From Takakia lepidozioides (taxonomy: Eukaryota > Plantae > Bryophyta), in assembly GCA_030704615.1 (NCBI GenBank), contig CM060733.1, positions 39,370,001 to 39,434,000 of the forward strand: a stretch of DNA of 64,000 nt. The letters run 5' to 3'. The position numbers and the translations under genes were made by a program. The notes under the pieces are model-generated. The model worked only from the letters and a program-made list of their open reading frames with translations. It was not told the origin of the DNA and did no database searches. Shown here in pieces: positions 13,059 to 26,534 of the stretch (position 1 is its first letter; each line of letters starts with the position of its first letter).

Positions 13059-16000
13059 TCATGAGAGCAGTTTCTCTACATTGTCCAACCCCCGCACGAT
13101 ATACTGGGCACACTGCATTCGCTGCCCAAGTGCAAACTTGAAAGTAAACCAGTCCTTCGTGAAAGGTGTTCCTCTCTCTGGCTTTGCAGTCTTGGAGACA
13201 TTTGCTCTGACTTTTACCCACTCATAAAACACTTGAATGAATGACATGACGTAAAAGCCACACTCCCAGCTGAATGGTTGCTGGGGCACATCAGGCGCGT
13301 GGAACTGAAATGCTTGGACAATCTCATGCCACTCTGGTGAGTCCATCGAGTACCCTAAGCACTCAGCATGAAGCTTCCGAATCCACCCTAGAACAAAGGG
13401 ACATTTATGCGAGTCCCTGATAGAGTTCAGGTGAGTGTAACAGCCCTTGCGGAGGTCGATGATACAAACACTCCAGTGCCCCCTGCAATGGTATCAAACA
13501 ACATGGCGTCATTGCACAATCATGATGGGCAGACTCAGCAGACTGACACTCAGCAGACCGACCACTCAGCAGACTCAATCTTCAAACCCAGTCCACTGCA
13601 CAAATACAGAGGTCAACTTAATCGCTCAGAGTCAAGACGACACTGCGAAACCAGACTATGACTCAGGAGACAGTCTCAGCAGACTCGGAAGAGTTCTTAC
13701 TCGTCCCCAATTGGCACCAAAATGAAATCGCACTCTTTCAAGTCCTTGCCCAGTCGTTCAGTGCTGAGGCAACCTTTCAAGACCTCCAGAAGGCTTTCAT
13801 GTTGCCCCACCCCCAATGACTTCAACACCGTCCACGTCGACGTTGGAAGAACAGCAATAGTGTTGGTGAACGCAGCCTCAACCGACTTCTCATAGAATCG
13901 ACACCACAGCTCCAGGAGTCTATCTGTGCACTCCGACTCAACCTTCTGGAGCGCCTTTATGTCATCCGGCGACAGTCCGCATTCAAACCGTGGGTCCCCT
14001 TCAAAAAACATCAGCATGGAATTACCCGCCTTCACGTGCAGAGCATGTGCTTTGCCAAACCGAGCACCCATCCTGCACAGAGCAGACCATCCTTCGGGAA
14101 GCCTCATGTACTGAACAGACTGACGTCAACATGGTACCAAACACTCTACAGGCTGAACAATTCATCAGACTGACAAGACTAACCACAACAGACAATGATG
14201 AAACCAGCAGCAGACTGACCAGCGTGCAGACTGACCACAACAGAGCGCAAAGCACTTAACGACAAAGACAGACGAGGAGACTGAGCACAGTACTCACCTG
14301 TGCTGCTCCAGGAAACGACCCACATCTTTGTCCATGTCCAAGGCCAGCTTGCGGTTCTTGTTCATAAAGACGCCAGACTTTTTCTTCGCCGGTCTCTTGG
14401 TACTCGGACCCTCCTCGACCTCCTCAGCATGGTCCACGACAGTCCGCTTCTTGGCTTTGCCTCTCCCCTGGGAAGCAGGGACAGGAGGCTGTAGGCGGGC
14501 TGGATAGAGCAGACAAACGCAGCGCTGCCGCCCTACTTCGCAACAGAGGCTGGTCAGCAGGTTTGTTTACACTTGCTAGACCTGTCTTTGCAGCTTCGTG
14601 GGTTGCATGCATAGAACTGACCCGCGCATCGGGGGGCGTGCTCACCCCCACACCTTTCTTGGTTGTCGATCCCACGTTTGCAGCATGGGCGGAAGATGTC
14701 ATGTCCTCAGAAATAGACAGTCTGCCGACGGAGGGACGAACATCCTATGAGGATACCGAGCAAAATGACGAATTAGCCCAATTTCACAATGTGCTAAAAC
14801 ATAAACAACAGTGCTGAAAGAGGAAATGGCACAACCTGCCCAAGGCGTGAGGGAGCAGACTCCATGTAATCCAGCGCTATACCAGACACTGTCTGCGCCG
14901 CATGTGGTTCATTGTCAGTGTGCCTGCCAGCATGTTCAGTCTGTTGCTCAATGTGGGCAGTCTGCTCGGCCGCCGGTTCTTCGTCAGTCCTTTCGTCTGT
15001 GAACTGTGCAGTCTGCTGGCAACTCTGCAGTTCAGTTTCTTCCTCAAATGTGGGCAATGTGCTCGGTGGCAGGTTGGTCGTCAGTCCTTCCTTTTGTGAA
15101 GTGTGCAGTGTGTTGGTCAGGCCGTGCAGTCTGAACTGTGCAGTCAGAGCTGAGCTGTGCAGTCTGCCGCTCCGAGCCATCCTGGTCAGTCCTTCCATTT
15201 GTGACCTGTGCAGTCTGCTGGTTAGTCTACGGTTCAAATGCTCATCAATGAAGATAGTATGCTGCCCCGCCACAGGTTGCTCGGCAGTCCTTCCATGTGT
15301 CCACTATTCAGTGTGCTGGTCAGTCTGGTGGACAGCCGGCTGGGTGTTCGGATCTCCATGGACTTGGGAAACATCAAGAACATATATGGAAGACCCACCG
15401 GCAATTGCTTCCTCAGACTCTTCTGTAAGATCTATGATACGTTTTAGGGTTCCCAGATTGAGTTCGGTCATCACATAAGACTCATCTATGGCTTTCGCTT
15501 TCGCCATTGAGCACACGAAAAAGGGACTAAGCTGGAAGGTCATAGAAGGCAGGCCACGGGGAGCTGGATAAGAATGTTTTACCGGTGACCTGATGACGTC
15601 GTCAGTGAATGTGCCTGGGGGAAAAGTGGACTCGGTCAAAACACTCATACTGGCAGATCCAAAAACATGTTGTTGGGAACTTAGCAGAAATTCGTCCACA
15701 GGGTCCCGGTGAGGCCAGTGCATCCGAGTCTGTTGCACAATCCAGGGAACAGACTGGTTGTTAGTCTTCTGGATAGTTTGCTCGGCCATATGCTGAGTGG
15801 GTTCGCCAATGTGCTGCACAGTCTGTTGAGGGGCAATCTGCTGGCTGGATTCGTCGGTCTGCTGCACGGTCTGCTGAGGGGCAATCTGTTGGCTGGATTC
15901 GTCGGTCTGCTGCACGGTCTGTTGTACAGTCTGCTGAGGGGCAGTCTGGTGGCCATGTTTGCTGGTCTGCTGCAGAGTCGGCTGAGGGGCAGTCTGTTGG

Positions 16001-18876
16001 CCGGTCTGTTCTCCGGTCTGCTGCAAACTCTGCAAAGTTCGCTGCCCGCTCAGTACTGTTTGCACATACTGAGTATGTGTGTGCGGGGCAGTCTCCTGGG
16101 AGTGATTCGGCCTATTACCCGGGACGGTCTGGTGCAAATGTTCGGTCTCCAGCACTTGGGCAGTCTGCCCACATGTGTCGTGGGGAATATGCTGTTCGAC
16201 ATTCTTGTGGCCAGTCTCCCGAACTCCTTGTAAAGCCAGGACAAGGTCCCTTGCACCTCTGGCAAAAGAGTCGAAAGCAGCCTGCACTTGCTTGTCTCCC
16301 AGATCAATTCGCGCTGCAACACATGTTTATGCAAATGTGAACTTCTAAAAAAGTTGGCAAAAGAAATTGAGCTAAAACACGAAAGTTGTCCATAACATTT
16401 TACCTTCCAAGAGATTTCCGACGAGGCCAATGTCCTTGATTTGCCGGCACAGGCATGCTCCATCGAGATGAGCAATGGCGCCGATGCGGTCTTCAGTTGG
16501 GATCCCATACCACAGGACTTTGAAGACATTGGGATTCTGCAAAACAATGTCGAATACTGCTTGCTCCATCACCAATGCAAACCAGTGCAATGCGTCATCC
16601 ACCACAAACTTCTGTGAATGGTCTGTTCCATGGAGTAAGTCCATCTTCAAACTATGCAGATCCTTCATCAACTTGTTGTATGAGCGGAAATTGCCAAATT
16701 GCATCCATCTGTGTTGTAGGAAGGAAGCTGCCATGCGCTCAAAGTCCTCCTCAGTCAATCCGAACAAGTGCTTTCTTCGCACCCCAAAGGTTGGATGTGC
16801 CATAGGCATATGTCTGAGGTCTTCAGGCCGTGGGTCATCCATGAGAATCAGCTGCACAAGTAGAGGCGGCGCATTTTGGTCGCTTGTGGCTTCAATGGCA
16901 ACAGCAGCGGCGGCTTCTAGAACATGGTTGGCTTCCTCAATAGAAAACTCCATGGAATAATGAAAGGGTACAAATGACCACCGGCAGTCCGCAACAATCC
17001 GGTGGAGCTCATTATGCCAATCCAAATGGGGATTAATTTCTCCCACCCTAAGCCGGGGAAGTGTGAGGTCTTCAGCTCCGGGTCGAATTACCGGTGATGG
17101 CGATCGCCAAACTGCAAAAAGCGCCGTGCTATGTGAGAGAAAGGCAGTCTGCTGGTCAGTCTGCTGGTCCGCAGTCTGTTGGATGACAGGACTTCCCATT
17201 GGCATGGGTTGCATGATGGGCTCCTGGAGAGGAGTCTGCAGGATGACAGGCTGCTCGTTGGGAGTCTGCTCCGTTGGAGTCTGCTAGATGACAGGCTGCT
17301 GAACGGGAGTCTGCTGGATGATGGCCTGTTGAATGGGAGTCTGCTGGATGGCAGACTCGGCTGTCCCAGACGCATTCCCCCCCAACGCGTCTTGAATATG
17401 TAATGCCGCTATAGCAGCAGATGACCCAGGATACTTCAATAATATGTACTCTCGCACGCGGTCCACTTCCGCACGCACTGCAATCGCTTGTAAAGGAGCA
17501 TCATTGCTAGGTATCCGCCAAGCTTGAATGGCCCTACGAATAGAAACACGTTCATCCTGGTACACGGCAGAGAACTTGGACGTCAGGAACATGGACGTGG
17601 ACTCTATATTCACCTCATGCAGCGGACTGGACTCACAGACCAGCAGACTGTAACGTGCGTACGTAGGGTGGAGGCAACTAGTAGACTATACCAGTGGACT
17701 AGACCAGCGGACTGACAAACGGACTCAGTAAGTAATGCAGCGATATAAAACAGACTAACTAACGAGCGGAGTGAGCCAGCGGACTGAGGAGAGAACGCAG
17801 CGGACTGACCAGACTGGATAGACAACGTGACCCCCCAATGATGGACTCAAACAACATAGAGAACAGACTGGGCGGTCAGACTGACCATTACCTCCTCTAC
17901 TTCATCATCGTCATCTTCATCTTCAAAGCTGTTCAACCAGTTATGTTCCGCATGTCGGATGAATGTGCATAGCAGACCTGACTGGGCAACTCTGTAGAAA
18001 TAACGGAAGAAGTCTGGATCCCCAATTGGTGGGCACTCTGGTGGGAAAAGCCCAAAGCCAACGAGGCGCAATGTGCCAGGGCAGACTGGCCATTCAGTGC
18101 TCTGTTGAGTTTTTGGTTTTGACCCTAAACCGATGGCATGGGTCGCGATATTTGTGTGAGTCTGCTACCGAGTCTGGTCAGGCAAGTCAATGTCCACTGG
18201 ACTTGTCACCCCTTCCAGGCCCTGAGCAGATTCACTTTCAGTATCAGTACTGATGGTGTGGGTTTGCCGCCCCTCACGGGGTTTAGTCTGTTGCGTGGAT
18301 TTTGCCCTTGCCTCGCGAGCAGACCTTGCAGCCTTCTCCTTTTTTTGCCTCTCCTTTTTCATCGTTGTACAGTTTGTTTCTTCCAATTGCCAAGCTGTGT
18401 TCCTACTAGACTTGAAAGGCGTCCGGCGTTCCCTGCACTTGCAAATCCTCCATTGACGGGCCACCACAATGGACGCCATACCGTGCGCGCACTTCGTCTA
18501 ATTCCAAAGTGCGGGGGTCAAGCACTGATCCGCGCAAGCGCATTGTGGCCTCTTTGACAATCGACATTTCTTTCAGTATCAGCCAAGGCTTGAAATCCCG
18601 TGGAATCATTGCAACAGTCTCCTTGCAACCCGTGTCAACACAATGCCGATTTAGTTGGATTTTGTCCTTGATAACCTATTCACAGAAGGGACAGAAGAAC
18701 TTGTCCTTCTGCCAATTCGAGTTTTTGGGCTTCCGGGCGCGGAGGTCTACAAATGCTTCCACTATTTTATGATCAAACTCGTCTGGTGAGTACCAGTACC
18801 TTCGCTCCTTCTTCAGTTTGGTTTGATGCACAAAATCCACCCAGTCCGCTCTACCCTTTTCACAAGCATCCTCCAT
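13059..18876 (-). pseudogene. MULE accessory gene: N-terminal zinc-finger-like segment, Gln/Thr-rich repeats, C-terminal Ulp1/C48-like protease (possibly more than one gene)
   Basis: CPFCE*VIKDKIQLNRHC near 18690, QQT(V/A/D) repeats at ~15700-16050 and ~17140-17360, and CDFILVPI...PQQPFSWECGFYVMSFI (Ulp1-type Q-x5-CG catalytic motif). Exon structure only partly resolved. Confidence 0.65.
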
Positions 18877-20628
18877 CGCTGCAGAATGAAACGAAGGTGC
18901 AAGGACAATGAGCGACAGATAGAAGTCCTATGAAAAGACTCACCCTAAGCAAGAAGAGGACACAGAATGGAATGGAAACACCGCAGCAAGTGAAAACCTC
19001 ACCGAGCCGATGAACTTCGAGTTGTTACGAAGGCGAGCGTGTTTGCGACGCTTCGCGGCTCACCGCGACTCTCCACACCTGGGGAAGAATGGTCGTCTTT
19101 CGTTACGGTGATGGAAACGCAAAGAGGAAAACAAAACAGTGCAAAACAGTGCGAAGAAACAGGCGCGAAGATAATGGAGTCGATCGCACAGGGAACATGA
19201 GAAGAAAATAGAAGTAGAAGGGGGAAAGTGGGCATGGCACTGCCAACGTGCCGCGATTTCACAAGCACCAACTATCCGCCGTCATCGCATTGAATACGTC
19301 CACCGAACGAACGCATCGTACTAAATTCATCCACGGTCCTCGCAAGTGCAGCAGACTCATTTCCCATCGGGCCGAGAGTCCACCGGACCGCCAGTCGAGC
19401 GGACTATTCGCTTTGCTGAGGCAAAGCGGCTTCATATTGGAGGCACTTCCCTGCCAGCGGAATGAAGACAAAAGAGAGTAAGGGGAGAACAGGAAAGTCA
19501 AACACACCCATTGCGAACAGACTCGCGGCACAACAGACTGATGCATGCACAGTCCAACAGACTGATATCCATAGAGGAGAACTGTCCAGCAGACGGACGT
19601 TTCGCCAGACTAGCGGGAGAACAAGCCAAAAGACTGACCGGAGGGAAAATAAGAAGTCAAACAGACTTAGTGCAACAGACTTCCGATACAACAGACTGAC
19701 AAATTCACAAGTGTGACAGACAGATATCCCAACAGACGGACTTCCAGCAGACCGCCTCCAAACTGACTGTTATGCACGCGATAAGGGGAATATCCGGAGC
19801 ACTGACGGGCCAGTGGACCCACTGTGAACAGACTCGCGACACAACGGACCTCAAACATCCACACACATTTGCATATGCAATTGTCTCAGCCTGGTCCGTC
19901 TCCTGGCAAATGCAACAATGTACCGATTCTGCACCTACTCCCGTCGTGGCTCAGACATCTGTATTCAGCAGGTGCGTGTGGATGTTTGAGGACCTTACGA
20001 CTGGATGGTGTTCCGTGACGACTCGAATTGCTTTTTTGTGCTGCCATCCCTTATATAATACCATGTGGATCCATCACAAAGCTGGGTTTCTTCAGATTCT
20101 CCACCCTTTTCCACAACTTATGCACGACGGATGCAAGCCGCTATACTTGGTCACATAAACAGTTCCATCGTCCGATACGAAATCTGCAATACACGCCCCC
20201 ATGTGCATACGCTTCCACCATTTTCGCGCCCATGTTACCCATGGGTTCCTTTAACGAACTAAACTTGTGAAGGCTCTCATGAGGGATGCAGTACGAAGGG
20301 GCTAAACGTATCATGATGGATCACAAGCAGAGGACGTTATCGACGACAGATGTCCGCATTTTCCATATTTATGACATAGAACCAAACCATAAAACGAAGG
20401 TTCCCGAAAGCACAACAAGAAGGCAAAATAGTGGAAGCATATGCACGATGGTGGTTGTAGTGCCGAGACAGTCCTCTCATGTTCAAGCACACACTTCATC
20501 ATCATCATGAACATCGCGCGCAAAAGAGGAACAGTCGCGTGCATGGAAACGCCTACTGCAACATCGGACAACAAACAGCCGTCAAAAGAGAGCGGCCGGG
20601 ATTTGGTGGGAAGATCATTGCCATTTTC

Positions 20629-20991
20629 GCAGCCCTAAAAATGGAGGGCTCGGATGGGTTATGGGAATGGACGATGGCAATCGTGCGCCGTCAGCGAACT
20701 GGATGGCAGCGGACTGGCGGACTAGCGGACTGGCAGACTGCTAGGCAGCGGACTGGCAGACTGCTAGGCAGCGGACTGGCAGACTGGAGGGTAGCGGACT
20801 CATGGGCGGGGGACTGGCCGCGCGGCGGACGGGGGCGCGGGCGCGGTTGCTGCAGCCGCGCCCGCGGCTGGGCGACCGCGCGCAGCGGCGGGCAGGGTGG
20901 GCGGGTGCTGGGGAGCCGGGCGTCCGTGTGCGGGGCCCACCGGCCACATCGCACGTGCCCATTGAAGACCCTATTATCTTAAAATGAGAGG
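20629..20991 (-). repeat. MULE right terminal inverted repeat (~360 bp, extra 12-bp subrepeats)
   Basis: Reverse complement of 8332-8658. Confidence 0.92.
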
Positions 20992-22079
20992 CTGTAAAAT
21001 GGGGAAGAGAAAAAAGTCCAAGTATGAGTACCATAGTGCAAAATAGAATTTAGTATAAAACTACTGGATCATATCTTACAATATATAGATTGTAGTAGTC
21101 AGTGACAATTAATAATTGGTCTGGACCTAATGGTGTAGGGCATTGGTGTGCGATGGCAAAGGTTGTGGGATCGAACCTGCATTTTTTGCTTTTGCAGAAA
21201 GTAGTGCATTTGATGGAAAAGTTCACTTAAAATGAAGAAGGTAGCAACTAATGGGCAAGGGAAAAAAATCCAAGTATGTGTACCAAAGAGCAAAATAGAA
21301 ATTAAAACTAGTGGAACAAAAGTTATAATATATATATTATAGTGCACAAATATTTTCAATAATTAGCATGGGCTTGGTGGTATAGAGCATTGATTTATAA
21401 TTGTGAAGGTTTAGGGTTTGAATTTTTGCTACTGGCTTTTGCAGAAAGTAGTGCCTTTAATGAAAAAGTTCAAGTAAAATGAAAAAGGTGGCGACGGAGG
21501 GGGATGAAATATAAAAGGGTGGTAGAATGACCCAAAAACAAACGAAAATGACTGTTTTTCATTCAATTTTGGATGAAATGACACATGTCGCAAAGTTTAA
21601 GAAGTTTATAAAAATAAAAAATAAAAACCAAGTTGTATACGAAAGTTTATCACATTATGTTGTGTGACTTGTTGTGTGACTAGTTGGTTAGACCGCTTAT
21701 CACAAAGATACTAATGATGAGGTGTTGGGTTCAAATATTTTTAGCTTACATAAACTATTGTTTTAGGTCTTATATGGTTAGGGTTGTTAGGGTTGAAACT
21801 CTCTTTCATTCTCTTCTTCGTTTATGACTTCTACGGTGCGGCGCACTTAGAGTCAGCTCGAGCACCTTCAACCTCTGCCGCTTTGGTCTGCTGCAGCGAC
21901 GGCGATGTGTCTCCCTTCCTCTGCCACATTCATAACTACTCCCCCTCAAAGAAGAACACAAGAAGAGCACGACTCCACAGTATAAAGGTGCACTTCTCTT
22001 TCTCTCAACCTCAATTGTTTTCTTCTTGTTCTCCCTCTTCCTTCATTCTCAGCTACCTGGTCTCTTTAAGTTTGAAGCT

Positions 22080-23437
22080 ATGGCAGGTTCGGTGAAGCGA
22101 GAACGCCCTCTGCTGTGTGTAGACGACCTAGATCTTACAGTCCGAGATGCAGCTTTTGAGGGTCTTATATTGAGTAGGTATGGCAATGTGAACAAGCCCT
22201 TTATTTAGGAGTCTCCCAGCACATGGTCCTATTTGCATTGTGATCTCACAAATAGGCTCGGTTTCACAACGGTCAGTGTTACTGTGTCTGGGTCATTGGT
22301 CCAAACACACTAAGAGAAATTCTGCAGGCGCTTATGTGCGCTTAGAGAATTTCTCCGTGCGTCCTAAGCTTAAGTTCGAGAGAGGTGATTTGGTGTACTG
22401 TTTGAAGATTACCTCTGCTACCCTTGTGCAGGTCATAGCACCATTTCAGAGCCCTCCAGTACTCAACTTTTTTTGCAAAGACACCATCAGTGCTTTCTCA
22501 AAAAGATTCCATGAGAAGTTTGCTACCGTCACTATTGTTGTAGTGGTTATAGGAGTACGTGGTCAGGTGGAACAGCGTTTCGAGTTGACAGTGGCGGATG
22601 GGCCTTCTTAGCTGGACGTTCAGATTGTAAGTCTCTTACCATTTGTTTGCTTTTCGCCTTTTCTTTGTTATGTTATTTTAAACTTATTATGGAGTAGTAA
22701 TGATATTGTTTGAGTGTATGCAGGTCAGTTTTCTGCCAGCGTTCCATGCAGAATATAAGCGGTTAGTCCAGCAGTTTCGTAGGGGAGGTGCTACATATGC
22801 ACTTTTCAAAAACATTGGGGCGACTCAGAATGGTGACGTGCAGTTGGTCACACTCCCTTGTACCATTTTCGCTCATGTTTTGGATGATGACACATGTACC
22901 GCTTTGCAGCGAGTGCATAATGCCCACACAGCCCATGGGGGACATGACATAGCTACTCAGGTAATGATCTCTTTTTATTTTCAAGGTTTCTCCTCTTTCT
23001 ATTTGTTTGCAATTGCATTATCTTCTCATCTCTAACACCTTTGCTGGTTTTCTGTCTTTTAGGTTACAGGGATTTTTTACATTACCTCGCCTCCACTCCA
23101 CCCTTCAAACGAGTGTGTGCCACATGTGGCCTCGAAGACATAGCACATCAGGATGACGGCTTGTTTTTTTGTAATGCTTGCAAAATAGTAAGTCATTGTG
23201 CTCTTTATGTTTGCATAGCTGGTAGCATTCAAGGTGTGGATGGGATTGTGTGCAGGCGTATGTCAATTCAGATTGGGTGGAGGCCATAGTGGGCATGACC
23301 GAGGAAGATCTGAAAAATGCTCATAGAACAGACAGGTTTTTCATCATCAAGGCGTTCTCTAGTGTGCGTCATGTGGGACGGTTTTCTTTGAACCCTGTGG
23401 GGGATTTGGTTGGCTTTTGAAGAACATGCAGCTTAGT
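22080..23437 (+). pseudogene. Helitron-borne RPA-like OB-fold ssDNA-binding protein (3 exons, stops)
   Basis: OB-fold-like GAYVRLENFSVRPK..FERGD and VVVVIGVRG...FELTVADG, plus C4 zinc ribbon CATCG...CNAC. Lies upstream of RepHel, as in plant Helitrons. Confidence 0.6.
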
Positions 23438-24110
23438 TCTTTTGCTGCATTCAAGAGCATGCTAGACTAGAGGGCTGCTTTCAGGTGTATCAGCCTTTAC
23501 AATAGTTTACTGTATGCTCGGATTTCCTCGGATTAACTTGGACTTCCTACGTCTATAGGCTATTTGGTTTCATGGTGCTGCTTCATATGTGAAGCATTTT
23601 TCCTGAGCATCTCTACTTAGTCAAAGTAATTCTTACCATGACAATATAGCCCACATAGCATGATTGGATTTTAGTAATCCATTTTTGTGAGTTGTGTGTG
23701 GTTTATGGTTGCAATATATGAGTACTTTAACAATATTGTGTCATTCTTGTGTGTTCTTTCAGTTTTACAGACTTCGGCCTTTTAGTTTACAACTACATTT
23801 TCAACCAGTCCCTCAGTTAATCAGCCAGTCTCTCACTTATTTTTTCAATTCAGATTTATCTACTACAATATTGAATATCTATGAAATTTAATTCATCCAA
23901 ACATATAATTTACTATTATTATTGTTCAACAACTCTTTATTCGACGATTCATTGCCTTGTACACACTGCTTGTTTGTGTTCTTATAAGATTTCCAAAATC
24001 TATCTAATCTGGCCAACCTCCATTAATATTATTTTCTGTTATAATACAACTTGAATCTTAATTCAGTTTTTTTACAACCTTATTTTTATATCTAATTTAC
24101 TCTCTTAATA

Positions 24111-26534
24111 ATGGATACAGAGATAGACTTAATATTATAATCTCAGAATTTGCATCGTGTACACGATTACCATTATGTTGTTGGAGACTATTTATTTGAT
24201 TCAGTTGTTTATTTGCTGCATGATGAAATATCATCTACAGATCTCCGACGTCAAACCATGAAACATTTTTTGCAAACTTTACAATTGCCCACTGATGAGG
24301 TGGCTGAAATGATTGAAATCCACTTTTCTTCAGACGCCCTCTATGAATTACATGGTGTTCGCACAATTGATGAATTTGTTCAACAAATGTCCAAAAGTGT
24401 TCTTTGTGGAGGTTTAGAAGGTGATAATCGTGCCATTTTTTGTTTAGCAAATTATTTACAAAGACCCATTCGGTTCTCCAACTACTTTATGACAATAGAC
24501 ATGCTACGAAGAGTGGGCACTTTGAACCTATTATTTTAAAAAGAACTCATTGCACTTCAAATGTTATGCGGTCAACCTCGATTTCAAATTCTCAATCGCT
24601 TTCAATTTCGGGATTTGCAACATCGGTACAACCTTCTTTGATATCACAACATGTCACTAAAAAAAGGGGTCAACAACAAAATGATATTATGAACAACACC
24701 AATGTAACCCCGAAAACACCTTGTTTTCAATGGCTACCAACTCATGATGAAGACATGTTCAATTTGATGGTCGAGTTTCCGTCGTCAACTCTCAAAGACA
24801 TAGCGCAGATCTTCTCCCGTCATTATGCAACTTTGAATCTCACATTTACTCAAATTTATTCTCATTTGCGGTGAATTAATAATAAAAGAAAGTATATAGC
24901 AAAACAAAATACACCGCAAATTGATTCTCCCATTGAACCTAAAAGTTTAGTCCAACCAATACCTCTTCATTCATTGCATCATTCCAACAATAATCCCATT
25001 GAAATTCATGTCAACTCTGCTCATCGCAGTAAATACATAGAAAAACTGTCTGATACACCAGTGCATCCATGTATGTGTTGTCGTCAACTATGTTTTAAAA
25101 AACAAATTGTTACACCGACAAAAAAATTGTTAAAAAAATTAGCCGTGTATATTCCTATTGTAACAACGGAACAAAATCATGGACAAATGTTTATATGTCG
25201 AAGTTATAAATTAATGTTTGACCACGATAAATCTCCTAAATTTGTAGTTCCTAACATAATTCATCTAAATGCTCCTATTAATAATGTTCAAAACTTCAAT
25301 GCGCTTGAGGAAAGATTAATTGCACCACGTATGGCATTTGTCCAAATATATCAATTGCAAGGTTATGGCCAATATGGTATACGTGGTAGCATTATAAACG
25401 TTCCATCAAATGTTAACAATACACAATCAGTTTTACCTCGCATGCCGAATGACGATACTACCATTGGAGTACTTTTAAAACGTCGTCTGGAATATAAATC
25501 TCCATATTTATCAGGAACTGTTCGTCCCAATTTTATTATGTTGGCTTTACATGATCTTGTTACTACTCCATTATACATAGAAACTAATGTTACCATTCGA
25601 CCACAATGGTTAGGATTATTTGCAATGTCTCATCAAACCGAACAAAATTGTATAAATATCGATGAACCATTAGAAGAATTTAATGAAATATCTCAAGATG
25701 AGTTTGAGGAAGTTGTCGAAAATACTACTAGCGATACTACGGTACAAAATATCCTCACTTCGGAGCAAATACAAGTATTTCATGATGGTCTATTAACAGT
25801 AGCTCATTCTCAAGACTTTAAACCATTGGGTCTTTTCCAAGATACTCATAGTGAAGAATTAAATTTTCCTACTTTGCTTTTTGGACATCCTCGATCAAAC
25901 ACTGGTTCATTGTCTTATCAAGCCATTGCACAATGGGAACTATTACATAAAGATCATGATTTCGCGAGACATATTCCAAATCTTTTTTTAAAAGCTATCA
26001 AAGTATTAATTCATGGCGTTACATCATCTTCATGGATTCGCATTCGTAAAGGTAAACTTCTTGGTAGACAATAGAAAGCGGGCGAACTTACTGAAAAACC
26101 AAATTTAGACAAATTATTACGCTCGGATCTAGGCTATAGGGATTTGGAAAGATTACGAGCATCGCCAGATTATTTGGCTCGTCTCCGCAAATAAACCTTT
26201 ACAATGATTCGACAACTAGCACCAAGTGCAGAAAGTAAATGGTCATCTTTACTGCAAACCATCCATTCGCTCAATCATAAAAAATTCCAAATGACATTCA
26301 AAATTTGGAAAGTAAACACGTTGCCGAACTGGTAAGATCGGATCCCATTACATGTGCTCGATATTATGATCATCAAATGGGTGCATTTAGACATCTATGT
26401 ATGAAAGATTATACCATTTTTGGAACACTCCGTGATTTCTTCTTTGTAACGGAATTTCAAAGCCGAGGCAGTGAGCATGATCATGGTATGTTATGGATAG
26501 CTAATGCACCAATTTACAGGGTTGATAAAAAAAA
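24111..26534 (+). pseudogene. RepHel 5' half: OTU-like domain, zinc finger and Rep (HUH), interrupted by the 16.5-kb insertion
   Basis: VVGDYLFDSV...GHFEPI (OTU-like), CMCCRQLCF...FICRS, LEERLIAPR...GSIINVP, RASPDY, DPITCARYYD and EFQSRGSEHDHGMLW (HUH). Confidence 0.9.

Larger units (their letters stand above)
8332..20991 (+). mobile_element. Mutator-like element (MULE), 12,660 bp, long GC-rich TIRs
   Basis: Ends CCTCTCATTTTAAGATAATAGGGTCTTCAATGG... and ...CCATTGAAGACCCTATTATCTTAAAATGAGAGG. Flanks TTGTAAA (8325-8331) and CTGTAAA (20992-20998). Encodes a SWIM transposase and a Ulp1-like gene. Confidence 0.93.

Noticed and set aside
19772-20638. Possible third (VANC-like) gene at the right end of the MULE
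   Set aside because: Several short ORFs on both strands, none with a recognisable domain or a convincing splice model.
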